DNA of 60,097 nt from positions 1 to 60,097 of the forward strand of contig JBOGJG010000330.1 of NCBI GenBank assembly GCA_050747825.1, given 5' to 3'. The stretch is from Acidobacteriota bacterium (GTDB lineage: Bacteria; Acidobacteriota; UBA6911; RPQK01; JBOGJG01). The position numbers and the translations under genes were made by a program. Below are positions 37,674 to 47,413 of this stretch, one piece after another (the stretch's first letter is position 1; each line of letters starts with the position of its first letter). Below the pieces are notes generated by a model. The model was not told the origin of the DNA. It ran no database searches and saw only the letters and a list, made by a program, of their open reading frames with translations.

Positions 37674-38366
37674 CTACCAGCCTCGGCCGCTCATTCGCTG
37701 CAGGATGACGGAGCTGTACCAGTCCATGCGGGAGGGGGTGCGGGTGCGGGGAGAGGGAATGCAGGCGGCGAGGCGGGCAGACTGCTGCCGCCCCAGGCGG
37801 GAAGCGGGAATACGGTAATAGTGCTGCGAGGCTGCTTGTGCGCCGTAAATGCCCCGCCCCCATTCGATTACGTTGAGGTACAACTCCAGGATGCGCTCCT
37901 TAGAAAGCACAAGTTCCATGACCGGAGCGATCGTAAACTCGACTGCTTTTCTGAAGACATTTCGGTGGGTGGTCAGAAAAAGGTTCTTGGTGAGCTGCTG
38001 GGTGATCGTGGAAGCGCCCCTTCCCAGTCGGCCATCGCTCTGATTCTGCTCCAGGACCTTCTCGAGCTCTTCAAAGTCGATTCCATTGTGCTCATAAAAG
38101 CGGCCGTCTTCGGCGGCGACAACGGCACGCTGAAGATGCCGGGAAATCCGTGAGAGGGGCACAAAGTCGCAGCGCTTGTCATAGTCATTGTCCCAGTCAA
38201 AAAACGATTCGACGCGGCGTTGCACCTGAACGGTGGTGGCGACCGGGTTAAAGAACTTCAAATAGATCAAACCTAGGAGCATCAGAGCATAATAGCCGGC
38301 GACCAGACAGATACCCCAGAGCAGCACCGGACGCAGCCAACGGCGAGCCAAACGAGATTTGTCCAT
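37674..38366 (-). CDS. mtgA: Monofunctional biosynthetic peptidoglycan transglycosylase
   Basis: AVVAAEDGRFYEHNGID, GASTITQQLTKNLFL, SKERILELYLNVIEWG-x-GIYG. Start set at ATG 38366. Confidence 0.93.
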   Translation of the reverse strand: MDKSRLARRWLRPVLLWGICLVAGYYALMLLGLIYLKFFNPVATTVQVQRRVESFFDWDNDYDKRCDFVPLSRISRHLQRAVVAAEDGRFYEHNGIDFEELEKVLEQNQSDGRLGRGASTITQQLTKNLFLTTHRNVFRKAVEFTIAPVMELVLSKERILELYLNVIEWGRGIYGAQAASQHYYRIPASRLGRQQSARLAACIPSPRTRTPSRMDWYSSVILQRMSGRGW

Positions 38367-38736
38367 GAGGTCACCGCTCAATGTAATCGGCCGCAACCGG
38401 CTTGTCAAAAGGGCCGGGCTCCATCGTTTTTAACAAGTGAAAGGCGCTTGGATATACTCGATTTAAGAGTTCTTCAGTTCCTTGGCTCCTCAGCCCTTTG
38501 GCGCTCCAGGTCTTGGTCTTTACGGTTTTGGGTGACACGCACCAAATAGCGACGGAAAACCGCGATAATACTGCGTCGAGGGTCCGGTCTGGCCCGAAAT
38601 TGGGATTCTTCGCACACCAGATCTTTAATTCTAATTTGCCGAGCGCAACGAAGTCCTTTTCGTGCCAGACTGAGCGAGCCACCCAGTCGTGACGCGCCTT
38701 TCAGGTGCAGTTACGTGCGTGTCACCAATTAGCTGG

Positions 38737-39252
38737 CTACTTCCGGGTGGCCAAGTCGTAGACCAGACCGGCGACTCCGCCGGAGAGGGCTCCGACTGCG
38801 GCACCTTTTTTGCCACCGGCGACGGCGCCGATTGCGGCTCCAGCGCCGGCGCTAGCGCCGACGATGAGAACTTCCCGCTCCCAGGAACGGCCCTGCTTCT
38901 CGCGCGCGTCCGCAGAGGCGGTGTTGTTCTCCACATAACGGGTCCGATAGACAGGCCGCTCGACGACGCGCTCAAGGACAGCGGGACGCGCTGCCGGCTG
39001 AGCATACTGCTGAGCCGCCGGGTACTGCTGATAGCCTCCCGGATAGACCCCGCTTTGAGGCACAACGAGATAAGCCGACTGTCCATTTGGAAGAGTGACG
39101 GGAACAAGACTCTGTCCGGGCGCAATCATCTGGCCGTTGATCAAACCGGGGTGCTCCTCAAGCCAGGAAGCCTCGCTATCCTGATGAGATGCCCAAACCC
39201 ATACAGCTAACAGTGCAATGACTCCCAACATGAAGATCTGTTTTGTATTCAT
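38737..39252 (-). CDS. Hypothetical exported protein with C-terminal glycine zipper
   Basis: N-terminal hydrophobic segment, Q/P/Y-rich linker, RSW...IVGASAGAGAAIGAVAGGKKGAAVGALSGGVAGLVYD. RBS GAAAGGAG. Confidence 0.8.
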   Translation of the reverse strand: MNTKQIFMLGVIALLAVWVWASHQDSEASWLEEHPGLINGQMIAPGQSLVPVTLPNGQSAYLVVPQSGVYPGGYQQYPAAQQYAQPAARPAVLERVVERPVYRTRYVENNTASADAREKQGRSWEREVLIVGASAGAGAAIGAVAGGKKGAAVGALSGGVAGLVYDLATRK

Positions 39253-39324
39253 TGCTGAACTCCTTTCAATGCTGAGTATTTGGATTGATGGCCTGGCCTA
39301 AAGTTTCAGTACAATAGGGCACCT

Positions 39325-40065
39325 ATGCTGCTTCTGCTCATTCTGCTCTTCAGTATTTTAGGCAATGTTGGAACCATCGCGCTGGCCGGGCTCTTTCTGC
39401 TCTTTCCCCAAAAAAGGCGCTTGAGCGCTCTTCCCCTGTTTGTCAGTTATGCCACGGGCGCCCTGCTGGCCGCCGCTTTCCTGGGACTGATCCCGGAAGC
39501 CCAGGAGCGGCTGCCTTCATCCACAGTCATGGCGACGATCCTTTTAGGCATTATTTTGTTTTTTGTTCTGGAGAAGCTCGTGCTCTGGCGCCATTGCCAC
39601 ACACAGCATTGCGACGTCCATGGACAGGGCGGCTTGCTGATTCTAATCGGGGACGGCTTTCACAACTTCGTAGATGGAGTCATTATCGCTTCCGCCTTTC
39701 TGACCTCGATTCCCCTTGGTATCTCCACGGCGGTAGCTGTGATCGTGCACGAGATTCCACAGGAGGTCAGCGATTTTGCCATTCTGCTGCAGAGCGGCTA
39801 TTCGCGGGCGCAGGCCATCCTCTTCAACCTGATTTCGGGCCTGGCGGCCGTTGCCGGCGCCCTCCTGGCTTACTGGTTTTTGATGGAGCTGGAATGGGCG
39901 CTGCCTTACGTCATGAGCCTGGCCGCCGCCAGCTTCGTCTATATCGCCACGGCCGACCTGGTTCCCAACCTTCACCGCTACACCGACCTGAAGCAGAGTG
40001 TGGGCCAACTCGTGCTGATGCTCGGTGGCATAGCTACAATCGCCCTCATCCGAGCAACGCACTAG
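39325..40065 (+). CDS. ZIP family divalent metal transporter
   Basis: HCHTQHCDVH loop, GDGFHNFVDG, HEIPQEVSDF, YIATADLVP. Confidence 0.93.
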   Translation: MLLLLILLFSILGNVGTIALAGLFLLFPQKRRLSALPLFVSYATGALLAAAFLGLIPEAQERLPSSTVMATILLGIILFFVLEKLVLWRHCHTQHCDVHGQGGLLILIGDGFHNFVDGVIIASAFLTSIPLGISTAVAVIVHEIPQEVSDFAILLQSGYSRAQAILFNLISGLAAVAGALLAYWFLMELEWALPYVMSLAAASFVYIATADLVPNLHRYTDLKQSVGQLVLMLGGIATIALIRATH

Positions 40066-40885
40066 CCACGCCGAGGCTGATAATTCCAATGAATGCGCCC
40101 ACCAGAAGATCGAGCAGATAGTGGTAGCGGCCATAGATGGAGCCGAGCCACATGCCGGTCACGACAATGGAAGCGGGAATGCCGCCGTAAGCGCCCCAAA
40201 TCCACCAGCACCACACCAGGAAGACCATCGCAGTCGAGCTATGGGCGCTGGGCATGGCTCCGCCTTTCAGGGCCACTCCGCCATACATGATCCAGTTGAT
40301 CAGACCGGTAAACAAATACCCTCGAGGCACTTGCTCCTGCGGGTGAAGCAAGCCCCGGTCCACCAGGGCCCAGCGGGGACCCCAGACCGGGATTAGAGAA
40401 AACATCGTGTAGGCAATGGCATATCCAAGCAGGATGGCAAATGTCATTTTTTCAAAATCGCCGAAGCGTTGCCGCAGGTACAGGTAAATGCCCAGGACCG
40501 GGGTGTAAAGATAGTAAGTGAAATAGAGGAAATTGAGCAGCTCCGTCAGCGCCTTTCCTCCCTGGCGAGCCCAGTCAAGGCTGGGCTGGCCAAAGTATTT
40601 GGCTTCGAAACGGATCAGAGCTGAATCAAGCGTGAATCCCGCTGGGTGGATGGCGTATAAGGTCTGGCGAGACCAAAGATAGGCCCACCAGAAGAAGAGG
40701 ACGGGCGCCCAGAGCCGCACCGATCTTGGCCCCATGCTCCATACAATCAAGAAGAAGATGATCAGCAGCGTATTTATGGTCAAAATGTAGGGTGCGTTTC
40801 GAATTCGGTTCCTGCCGATGAGGGCCAGCAGTGAATGGCTGATCAGGTAAGCGATGGCAAGCAGGTTGGTCAACCAGAACAGCAT
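40046..40885 (-). CDS. PAP2/AUR1-like membrane phosphatase or phosphotransferase (start uncertain)
   Basis: Multiple TM helices; PV-x-GPR, AMPSAH, S-x-x-YGRYHY-x-x-D-x-x-x-G. Confidence 0.8.
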   Translation of the reverse strand: MLFWLTNLLAIAYLISHSLLALIGRNRIRNAPYILTINTLLIIFFLIVWSMGPRSVRLWAPVLFFWWAYLWSRQTLYAIHPAGFTLDSALIRFEAKYFGQPSLDWARQGGKALTELLNFLYFTYYLYTPVLGIYLYLRQRFGDFEKMTFAILLGYAIAYTMFSLIPVWGPRWALVDRGLLHPQEQVPRGYLFTGLINWIMYGGVALKGGAMPSAHSSTAMVFLVWCWWIWGAYGGIPASIVVTGMWLGSIYGRYHYLLDLLVGAFIGIISLGVASALLG

Positions 40886-40972
40886 AAAACATGTTGGCGC
40901 GACCGGAAAGGGTGGTAAATTATATGATTCCAGCAGTTCATGGGCGGGGCTTCTGGCCAACGAATCACAGGA

Positions 40973-41482
40973 ATGAAAAGCAGTACGAGGCATAAAGAGC
41001 TTGCGGCAAAAGGGGGCGCGGTGGCGGTGGCACTCGTAACGGTCAGCGACTCACGCACACCTGAGACAGACCAGAACGCCCGGTATTTGCGCTCGCAGCT
41101 CACCGAGGGAGGCCATCGGGTGGTCGATTACCGCCTCATCCGGGATGAGCCCAGCCAGGTAGCTGAAGCGCTCGAGGAACTGGCTCAGGGTGAGGCCCAG
41201 ATTATTCTTTTCAATGGCGGCACAGGCATTTCCCGCCGCGATACCACCTATGACGTGCTGAGGAGCAAGCTGGAAAAGACGCTGCCCGGTTTCGGAGAAT
41301 TGTTCCGCATGCTCAGTTATCAGCAAGTGGGCGCCGCCGCTATGTTTTCGCGCGCCACAGCAGGCGTTTACAAGAGCCGCGTCATCGTCTCCACTCCGGG
41401 TTCTCCCGCCGCCGTAAAGCTGGCCTGGGAAAAGCTCATCGCGCCCGAATTGCAGCATCTGGCCTGGGAAGTGAACCGATAA
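40973..41482 (+). CDS. moaB: Molybdenum cofactor biosynthesis protein MoaB/MogA
   Basis: TVSDSRT-x-[29 protein letters not shown]-x-x-SRA-x-AG, PGSP-x-AV-x-LA. Confidence 0.92.
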   Translation: MKSSTRHKELAAKGGAVAVALVTVSDSRTPETDQNARYLRSQLTEGGHRVVDYRLIRDEPSQVAEALEELAQGEAQIILFNGGTGISRRDTTYDVLRSKLEKTLPGFGELFRMLSYQQVGAAAMFSRATAGVYKSRVIVSTPGSPAAVKLAWEKLIAPELQHLAWEVNR

Positions 41483-41493
41483 CGGGGCTATCA

Positions 41494-41835
41494 TTGAGTA
41501 TGACGATATTTACAAAAATCATTAAAAGGGAAATCCCTGCGGATATTGTCTACGAGGATGACCATTGCCTGGCTTTCAGAGATATCAACCCTCAGGCTCC
41601 GGTTCACATATTGCTGATCCCCAAGCGGGAAATTGCCTCTTTGTCCCAACTTCAGGAAGCTGATGCCACTTTGATGGGACATTTGCTGATGAAGGCTTCC
41701 GAAATCGCCCGCGGGGAGGGCCTCGCCTCAGGCTATCGACTTGTGATCAACGCCGGGACGGATGCCGGGCAGACGGTCGATCATGTCCACTTCCACATTC
41801 TGGGCGGACGTAAAATGACCTGGCCGCCGGGATGA
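41494..41835 (+). CDS. hinT: Histidine triad nucleotide-binding protein
   Basis: IFTKII-x-REIP, DINPQAPVH, N-x-G-x-x-AGQTV-x-HVHFHILGG. Confidence 0.95.
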   Translation: MSMTIFTKIIKREIPADIVYEDDHCLAFRDINPQAPVHILLIPKREIASLSQLQEADATLMGHLLMKASEIARGEGLASGYRLVINAGTDAGQTVDHVHFHILGGRKMTWPPG

Positions 41836-41842
41836 TCCCTGT

Positions 41843-42220
41843 TTAAACTTTTCGGATTTCCAGTTTGAGAAAGAGGTCCAGGAATTCGGAAAGTGTGGGG
41901 GAGAGGTCCGGACGTTCCATTAAGATCCCGTCCAGCTTGCGGTAGGGCTCAGGCGTCCTTTCACGCATTGCCACCTGTTCTTCGCCTTCCTGGTCCGGGT
42001 AAAAATGCGCCTGGCCCTTACCTGTGATAAGCCAGTCGAGCGAAATACTTTCCTTGAGAAAGAGCGAGACGAGGAAGCTAAAGGAGGGTTGCGCTTTCCC
42101 ATTTTCGAGATCGGAGATATAGCCTTGCGAGGTTTCATGGAGTTCTGCAAACTCCTGCTGCCTGCGCCGGCCGCGGAGTTGACGGATTCGAAGACCCACC
42201 TCTCCCAGGGGATATCGCAT
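41843..42220 (-). CDS. XRE/Cro-CI helix-turn-helix transcriptional regulator
   Basis: GLRIRQLRG...QQEFAE...SQGYISDLENGKAQPS...SLDWLITGKG. Start set at ATG 42220. Confidence 0.85.
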   Translation of the reverse strand: MRYPLGEVGLRIRQLRGRRRQQEFAELHETSQGYISDLENGKAQPSFSFLVSLFLKESISLDWLITGKGQAHFYPDQEGEEQVAMRERTPEPYRKLDGILMERPDLSPTLSEFLDLFLKLEIRKV

Positions 42221-42322
42221 TAACGATATACCTGTTGCCGCTTTATCGTCGTCATGATATAAATGCTTCACCTTCAAGCCTTTAAGGTGATTTTTATAAC
42301 AGATTTTCTCTGGGAGACAAAC

Positions 42323-42694
42323 ATGGCGGCCTTGCGCATCCTCATCGTTGAAGACGACCCTGCAGTCAACCGGCTCTTGTGCCGGTTCTTTGCGACGAGA
42401 GAACACGATTGCGTCTCGGCCTTTGATGCCTTTGAGGCGCTGGAAATCCTGGAAAACCAGACCTTTGACTTACTGGTCAGCGACTACAACCTCCCGAAGA
42501 TGAATGGACTCGATCTGGTAAAACATATGGAACGCAGCAGATGTCACGAAGTAGTCCTTATTTCCGGCGATCCTTCTACTCTCGATGCCGAAGAGATTGA
42601 TGACCTTCAAATCCATTTTCTAGCCAAGCCGATCGACTTCGGCGCCATCGAAACACTCCTGAAGAAAAGGCAGGTCCAGGGCCGAGCCAAGTAA
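42323..42694 (+). CDS. Single-domain response regulator (receiver)
   Basis: ILIVEDD, FDLLVSDYNLPKMNGLDL, ISG, LAKP. RBS GGGAGA before ATG 42323. Confidence 0.9.
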   Translation: MAALRILIVEDDPAVNRLLCRFFATREHDCVSAFDAFEALEILENQTFDLLVSDYNLPKMNGLDLVKHMERSRCHEVVLISGDPSTLDAEEIDDLQIHFLAKPIDFGAIETLLKKRQVQGRAK

Positions 42695-42763
42695 CGCCTT
42701 GAAACATTACTGGTTACCCACTATGATGGACTTGAGATCACATCCCAATCTAAGGAGGAGCTT

Positions 42764-42925
42764 ATGGCAGAAGGAAATGGTGGAAGCAGTACAGCCATTG
42801 TAGCTATCGTCGTCATTGTTATCCTGGCTTTGTTCGTTTTTTTCTTCTTCTTCCGGGACGGAGCAGATCAGGATCTAGACATTGACATCAATACTCCCGC
42901 CGAAGAAGTGGCCCCGTCGCAGTAA
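42764..42925 (+). CDS. Unannotated 53-aa single-pass membrane protein
   Basis: RBS AAGGAGG, then MAEGNGGSSTAIVAIVVIVILALFVFFFFFRDGADQDLDIDINTPAEEVAPSQ*. Below the ORF-track cutoff. Confidence 0.75.
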   Translation: MAEGNGGSSTAIVAIVVIVILALFVFFFFFRDGADQDLDIDINTPAEEVAPSQ

Positions 42926-43091
42926 TCGACGGGGAAAGCTTTCCTCTTCAGGGAAAATCTTACCGGGTGGGGAAAAGGCCTGAGACCTGAGGCTCAAGGT
43001 TTGTCTTTCCTTGTCTTTCCTCAGGCCGAGCCTTTTTAGTGGCACACCAATTGCTGAGTGGTTCACGCTAAAACCGACAAAGGAGTTTTAC

Positions 43092-44063
43092 ATGAACTAC
43101 CCAGGCGCAAAGGAAGAGCCTCGTTGGGCAATTGTGCTTTCCGGAGGGGAAGGTAAGCGCATGCAGTCCCTGACGCAACGCTGGCTGGGGAATAACCGGC
43201 CCAAACAGTACTGCACCTTCGTGGGCAGTCGCTCCATGCTGGAGCACACCATCGACCGGGCCGGGAGCATTGTCCCACCCGATCGGATTGTGACCGTAAT
43301 CGGCAACGGACACAGGACTTATATAGATCGTAATTTTAATTCCAAGGGCCGGATCATCGAGCAGCCGCAATCACGCGACACGCTGCCTGGTGTTCTGTTG
43401 CCGGCCAGCCATATATCCAGCACCGATCCCTCGGCCACTCTGCTGATTTTCCCGTCCGACCACTTTATCTATCCAGAAGAGAAGTTTCTGGAATATGCGG
43501 CGCAGGCGGCCTCGCTGGCTGAGCGCTTGAACAATCAAATTGTTTTGCTGGCTACCGTCCCGGAATATCCGGAGCCTGAATATGGCTGGATTGAGCCAGG
43601 GGATCTTATTTCCGCCGCATTTGGCAAACCGGCCAGGGCGGTGCGGAGGTTTCATGAGAAACCTTCCAAAGTGGCGGCCAGGAGATTTTATAGTCGCTGC
43701 TGGTTGTGCAACACGATGGTGATGGCCGTCAAGCTGCATACGCTCTGGTCAGTCGCTCAGAAATTTTTCCCGGAGCTGATCAGGCGCTTCGAGTTGATCC
43801 GTGACACGCTCAACTCAATGCGGCAAATCGAGGAGGCCCAGTATCAGACACCGGTTCTGACGCGTCTTTACCAGAATATGCCCTCGGTCAACATCTCTCA
43901 TGACCTGTTGATGAAAATTCCCGAGAGAATCGTAACGCTCCGCATGGAGGGGGTTCACTGGAATGACTGGGGCCAGCCGTCCCGGGTCGTGGAAAGTCTG
44001 GCTCGCATCGGCAAACGTCCGGCATTCCCACTCGATTACGCGGATGAACCGGTGTATGCGTGA
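43092..44063 (+). CDS. Sugar-phosphate nucleotidyltransferase (mannose-1-phosphate guanylyltransferase-like)
   Basis: AIVLSGGEGKRM, RPKQY, EQP-x-SRDT-x-PG, FPSDH, EYGWIEPG, F-x-EKP, W-x-DWG. RBS AAGGAG before ATG 43092. Confidence 0.8.
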   Translation: MNYPGAKEEPRWAIVLSGGEGKRMQSLTQRWLGNNRPKQYCTFVGSRSMLEHTIDRAGSIVPPDRIVTVIGNGHRTYIDRNFNSKGRIIEQPQSRDTLPGVLLPASHISSTDPSATLLIFPSDHFIYPEEKFLEYAAQAASLAERLNNQIVLLATVPEYPEPEYGWIEPGDLISAAFGKPARAVRRFHEKPSKVAARRFYSRCWLCNTMVMAVKLHTLWSVAQKFFPELIRRFELIRDTLNSMRQIEEAQYQTPVLTRLYQNMPSVNISHDLLMKIPERIVTLRMEGVHWNDWGQPSRVVESLARIGKRPAFPLDYADEPVYA

Positions 44064-44077
44064 GGATGGGATCGGAG

Positions 44078-46921
44078 TCAGAGGAATTTCGCCAGCTTTC
44101 CGAGTCCTTTCTCGATCTGGCCGTTGATGTGAACGCGCAGGACCCGCCGTCCCTTCTTTTGCAGGGCGGCGAAATCTCCCAGAGCCTGCGCTTCCTGAAG
44201 GATTCCAAAATCGTAACTCTCCCCGGGTATTGGCAGTTCTCCGGCAGGGTCTGCGGTAAGGATCACGAATATGCCGTTGCCAGATCCCCCCTTATAGAGC
44301 TGTCCCGTAGAGTGTAGATAACGCGGACCGTACCCGAGCATGGTCGCTACATTCAAACGATCACGCAGTTTCTTGCGCAAGGATTGCAAGGCGCGCTCCC
44401 GCGCCGGAGTGGCCTGAAAGTAGGGAAGCAGCGCAATGTAGTCTGGCGGCCTCGCTGCTCCGACAAATGAGCTCAGCAGGTCGGCCGGCCGATCCTTCTT
44501 ATTCTTTTTGCCCGCGCCTGAACCGCCCCCGTAAACAGCCAACTCGCCGTCTCGGATCAAAAGGAATCCATTCACCAGCTCTCCGGTCTTCTTCCATTCA
44601 GAAATGAGTTGTCGCGTATTCTCCTTGCTTTCTGACACATTTGGCTCGTCGAATGGATTGACCTTCATAGTTGACGCGGCCACAGCGGTAGCCAGCTCCC
44701 AGCGGTAGAACTCTTCTCCCAGGCCGATCTTCTCATCCAAGTCGATCCGCACAACGGGGTGCCCCTCCTTCTCCAGAGCCTCAACCTTCCTGTCCAGTGC
44801 CTGGTTGTCAGCCCCTCTCAGGCGCATATAAACGAAAACGCGGTCGGAGGCGTAGACGCCGGGCTTTCCAGCCGACTCATCGACGATCGGCACCAGACCC
44901 ACGCCCTGCTTGCCCGTGCTTTCCGCCAGCAGTTGCTCAACCCAAACTCCGAATGCCGAGATGGGCTCTGAAAGAAAGAACGTTATTTTGTCCCGCCCGC
45001 GAAAATGCAGAAGCGCCAGCAAGACACCCAACTCAATACCAGGGTTCACGCTGGCCGGGACTTCCTTGCCGTAAGTGGCCTTAAACTGCAGGGCCCGGTC
45101 GAGCAGCGCTCGAACATCCATTCCAAGCAGGGCCATGGGCACAAGGCCAAAATAAGACAGGGCAGAGTAGCGCCCGCCGATATCCTCCGGATTCAAAAAG
45201 CAGGCGCGGAAGCCTTTCCGGGAAGCCTCTTTGGCTAATGATGACTCAGGGTCGGTGATGGCCACGAAGTGGGCGCCCTTGTTCTTGGAGTCCAGCCGAT
45301 CGTAGAAGTAGCTGTAAAAACTCGAGGTTTCAGTGGTTGTGCCCGACTTGCTGGCGACAATAAAAAGTGTGTTCCGAGGCTGAATTTGGGACTCTACTGC
45401 GCGTACCGCGTCCGGCGCCGTGTTGTCCAGGACGATCAGCGCAGGCCAGCCCCGCGCCGACCCAAACGTCTCTCTGCAGACTTCCGGACAAAGACTGCTG
45501 CCGCCCATCCCAAGGAGCACGACATGCTCAAACTTCCCCTTTTTGACGTCCCGGGCAAAACGCTCAATCTCGTCCAGTTTTCCTAAGAAGTCTTCCAGAC
45601 TATCCAGCCAACCCAGGCGATTTCGAATGCTCTCGGGCCGAAAAGGATCGGATTTCCAGAGCGTGGCATCCCTGGCAAAAAGCCGTTTCGAAAACTGGCG
45701 ATCGTCAAGCGATTTCAGCGCGGTTTGGAGCAGGGATGACATGGCGCCATCCACCGCCACTTGCTGGCCATTGAGTTTCTTGCCCAGGATCTCGGCTCTT
45801 TTTCTGGTTAAGGTGCTTATCAACTGATCAAAGGGATCGATGAACTTCTGGATGCCCTCACTCTGAAGCTGAACGGTCACCTGATCGAGATCGACACCGA
45901 CGCTGGCCAGCTCAGCCATCACTTTTCGGGCTTCGCTGACACCCTGCTCGATGGTCCCTTTTTCCACAACGCCATGATCGGCGAAAGCCTCGATCGTCTC
46001 ATCGGGCAGCGTGTTGACGGTATGAGGGCCTATGAGGGGCTCGACATAGCGGACATCATCGTAAAGCGGGTCTTTAGTACTGGTGCTGGCCCAAAGCAGG
46101 CGCTGCACTCGCGCGCCTTTTTCTTCCAGGGTCTGCCAGCGCTTTCCTCTGAAGAGCTTCTTGAAGCTCTGATAGGCCAGCTTGGCGTTGGCAATGGCCA
46201 CAGTTCCCAGTAGTTCTTCGGCTCGGGGACCCTTACCGCCGCCGCCCCGGACCTCAGGACGGATGCGATGGCCGAGAAGCTGATCCACCAGAACATCGAT
46301 GCGACTCAGGAAAAAGCTGGCTACGGAGGCGATCTTCTCGATCGATTTTCCCTCTTCCAGGCGCCGCTGCAACGCTTTAATGTAGGCCGCGGCCACGGCC
46401 TCGTAGCTCTCGATCGAAAAAAGAAGGGTGATATTAATGTTCACGCCTTCATAGAGCATCTGCTCGATGGCCGGCACTCCGGCCGGCGTGCCCGGGATCT
46501 TGATGAAAAGATTGGGGCGGTTCACCGCCTTAGCCAGGCGGCGCGCTTCCTCAATCGTCCCTTGGGTGTCGTGAGCCAGATATGGAGAGACTTCGAGGCT
46601 GACAAAGCCGTCCAAACCGTCCGAATCCTTATAGACCGAATGCATGATATCGCAGGCGTCCTGGACGTCCTTGACCACCAGGCGCTCGTAAATCTGGCCG
46701 ACCGGCGTCTTTTGCGCCACCAGTTGTTTGATCTGCTCGTCGTAGTCGTGGCTCTTAGAGATCGCTTTGTTGAAAATGGCGGGATTGGACGTAATGCCGC
46801 GCAGGCCCTCTTTTTTGGCTCGCTTCCGCAACTCGCCATTTACGATCATCCCTCTCGTCAGATTGTCGAGCCAATAGCTCTGTCCGTGCTCGATAAGTTG
46901 CAAAAGGGAACTCATGATCAC
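44078..46921 (-). CDS. Bifunctional transaldolase/phosphoglucose isomerase
   Basis: GQSYWLDNL, GITSNPAIF, VSLEVSP, FIKIPGT, ASFFLSRID, LLWASTSTK; then LLGMGGSSL, ASKSGTT-x-ET, IGGRYSALS, EQLLAESTGK, NPFDEPNV, GYGPRYLHSTGQ. Confidence 0.95.
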   Translation of the reverse strand: MIMSSLLQLIEHGQSYWLDNLTRGMIVNGELRKRAKKEGLRGITSNPAIFNKAISKSHDYDEQIKQLVAQKTPVGQIYERLVVKDVQDACDIMHSVYKDSDGLDGFVSLEVSPYLAHDTQGTIEEARRLAKAVNRPNLFIKIPGTPAGVPAIEQMLYEGVNINITLLFSIESYEAVAAAYIKALQRRLEEGKSIEKIASVASFFLSRIDVLVDQLLGHRIRPEVRGGGGKGPRAEELLGTVAIANAKLAYQSFKKLFRGKRWQTLEEKGARVQRLLWASTSTKDPLYDDVRYVEPLIGPHTVNTLPDETIEAFADHGVVEKGTIEQGVSEARKVMAELASVGVDLDQVTVQLQSEGIQKFIDPFDQLISTLTRKRAEILGKKLNGQQVAVDGAMSSLLQTALKSLDDRQFSKRLFARDATLWKSDPFRPESIRNRLGWLDSLEDFLGKLDEIERFARDVKKGKFEHVVLLGMGGSSLCPEVCRETFGSARGWPALIVLDNTAPDAVRAVESQIQPRNTLFIVASKSGTTTETSSFYSYFYDRLDSKNKGAHFVAITDPESSLAKEASRKGFRACFLNPEDIGGRYSALSYFGLVPMALLGMDVRALLDRALQFKATYGKEVPASVNPGIELGVLLALLHFRGRDKITFFLSEPISAFGVWVEQLLAESTGKQGVGLVPIVDESAGKPGVYASDRVFVYMRLRGADNQALDRKVEALEKEGHPVVRIDLDEKIGLGEEFYRWELATAVAASTMKVNPFDEPNVSESKENTRQLISEWKKTGELVNGFLLIRDGELAVYGGGSGAGKKNKKDRPADLLSSFVGAARPPDYIALLPYFQATPARERALQSLRKKLRDRLNVATMLGYGPRYLHSTGQLYKGGSGNGIFVILTADPAGELPIPGESYDFGILQEAQALGDFAALQKKGRRVLRVHINGQIEKGLGKLAKFL

Positions 46922-47385
46922 TCCTTTTTCATCGTTCTGGATTCAATTGCTTCAATCTTCTTCAGGCGCCGCGCAAAGCGCTCCTGGCCTTGAAATCGGG
47001 CTGACAAAAAGGCCTTGACGAGTTCACGGGCCAACTCGACCCCGATGACCCGCTCGCCCAGGCAGAGGACATTTACGTCATCGTGCTCCACGCCCTGGCG
47101 CGCAGAGTAAGTATCATGGCAGACCCCAGCCCGGATGCCGCAAAATTTATTGGCTGCAACGCTGACGCCTACGGCGCTTCCACAAACAAGAATACCGCGA
47201 TCCGCGCGTGCTTCCAACAAAGCCTTGGCCACGGCTTCGGCAAAGTCAGGGTAGTCCGACGGCTCCTGGCAATGAGTTCCCAAATCCAGGGCTTCGCAGC
47301 CTTGTTTCTTCACCTCTGCCACAAGAATGTTCTTTAGTTTGTACCCCGCATGATCGGCCGCCAGAGCTACTCGCATCCGCGCCAT
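46918..47385 (-). CDS. rpiB: Ribose-5-phosphate isomerase B
   Basis: AADHAG, DYPDFA, CGSAVGV, ANK, EHDDVNVLCLG, RFARRL. Confidence 0.95.
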   Translation of the reverse strand: MARMRVALAADHAGYKLKNILVAEVKKQGCEALDLGTHCQEPSDYPDFAEAVAKALLEARADRGILVCGSAVGVSVAANKFCGIRAGVCHDTYSARQGVEHDDVNVLCLGERVIGVELARELVKAFLSARFQGQERFARRLKKIEAIESRTMKKE

Positions 47386-47413
47386 TTTAACGGATTGTTG
47401 CTAAAATCAGGAA

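Noticed and set aside
38371-38692. Small ORFs between mtgA and the glycine-zipper gene
   Set aside because: No RBS, no motif, and several competing frames; none is supportable.
39253-39320. ECF-type promoter (GAAACTT-N16-TCCAA) suggesting a shared stress regulon for the glycine-zipper, DUF3309, DUF72 and small membrane protein genes
   Set aside because: A reasonable match was found only upstream of the glycine-zipper gene; the other upstream regions did not fit consistently.
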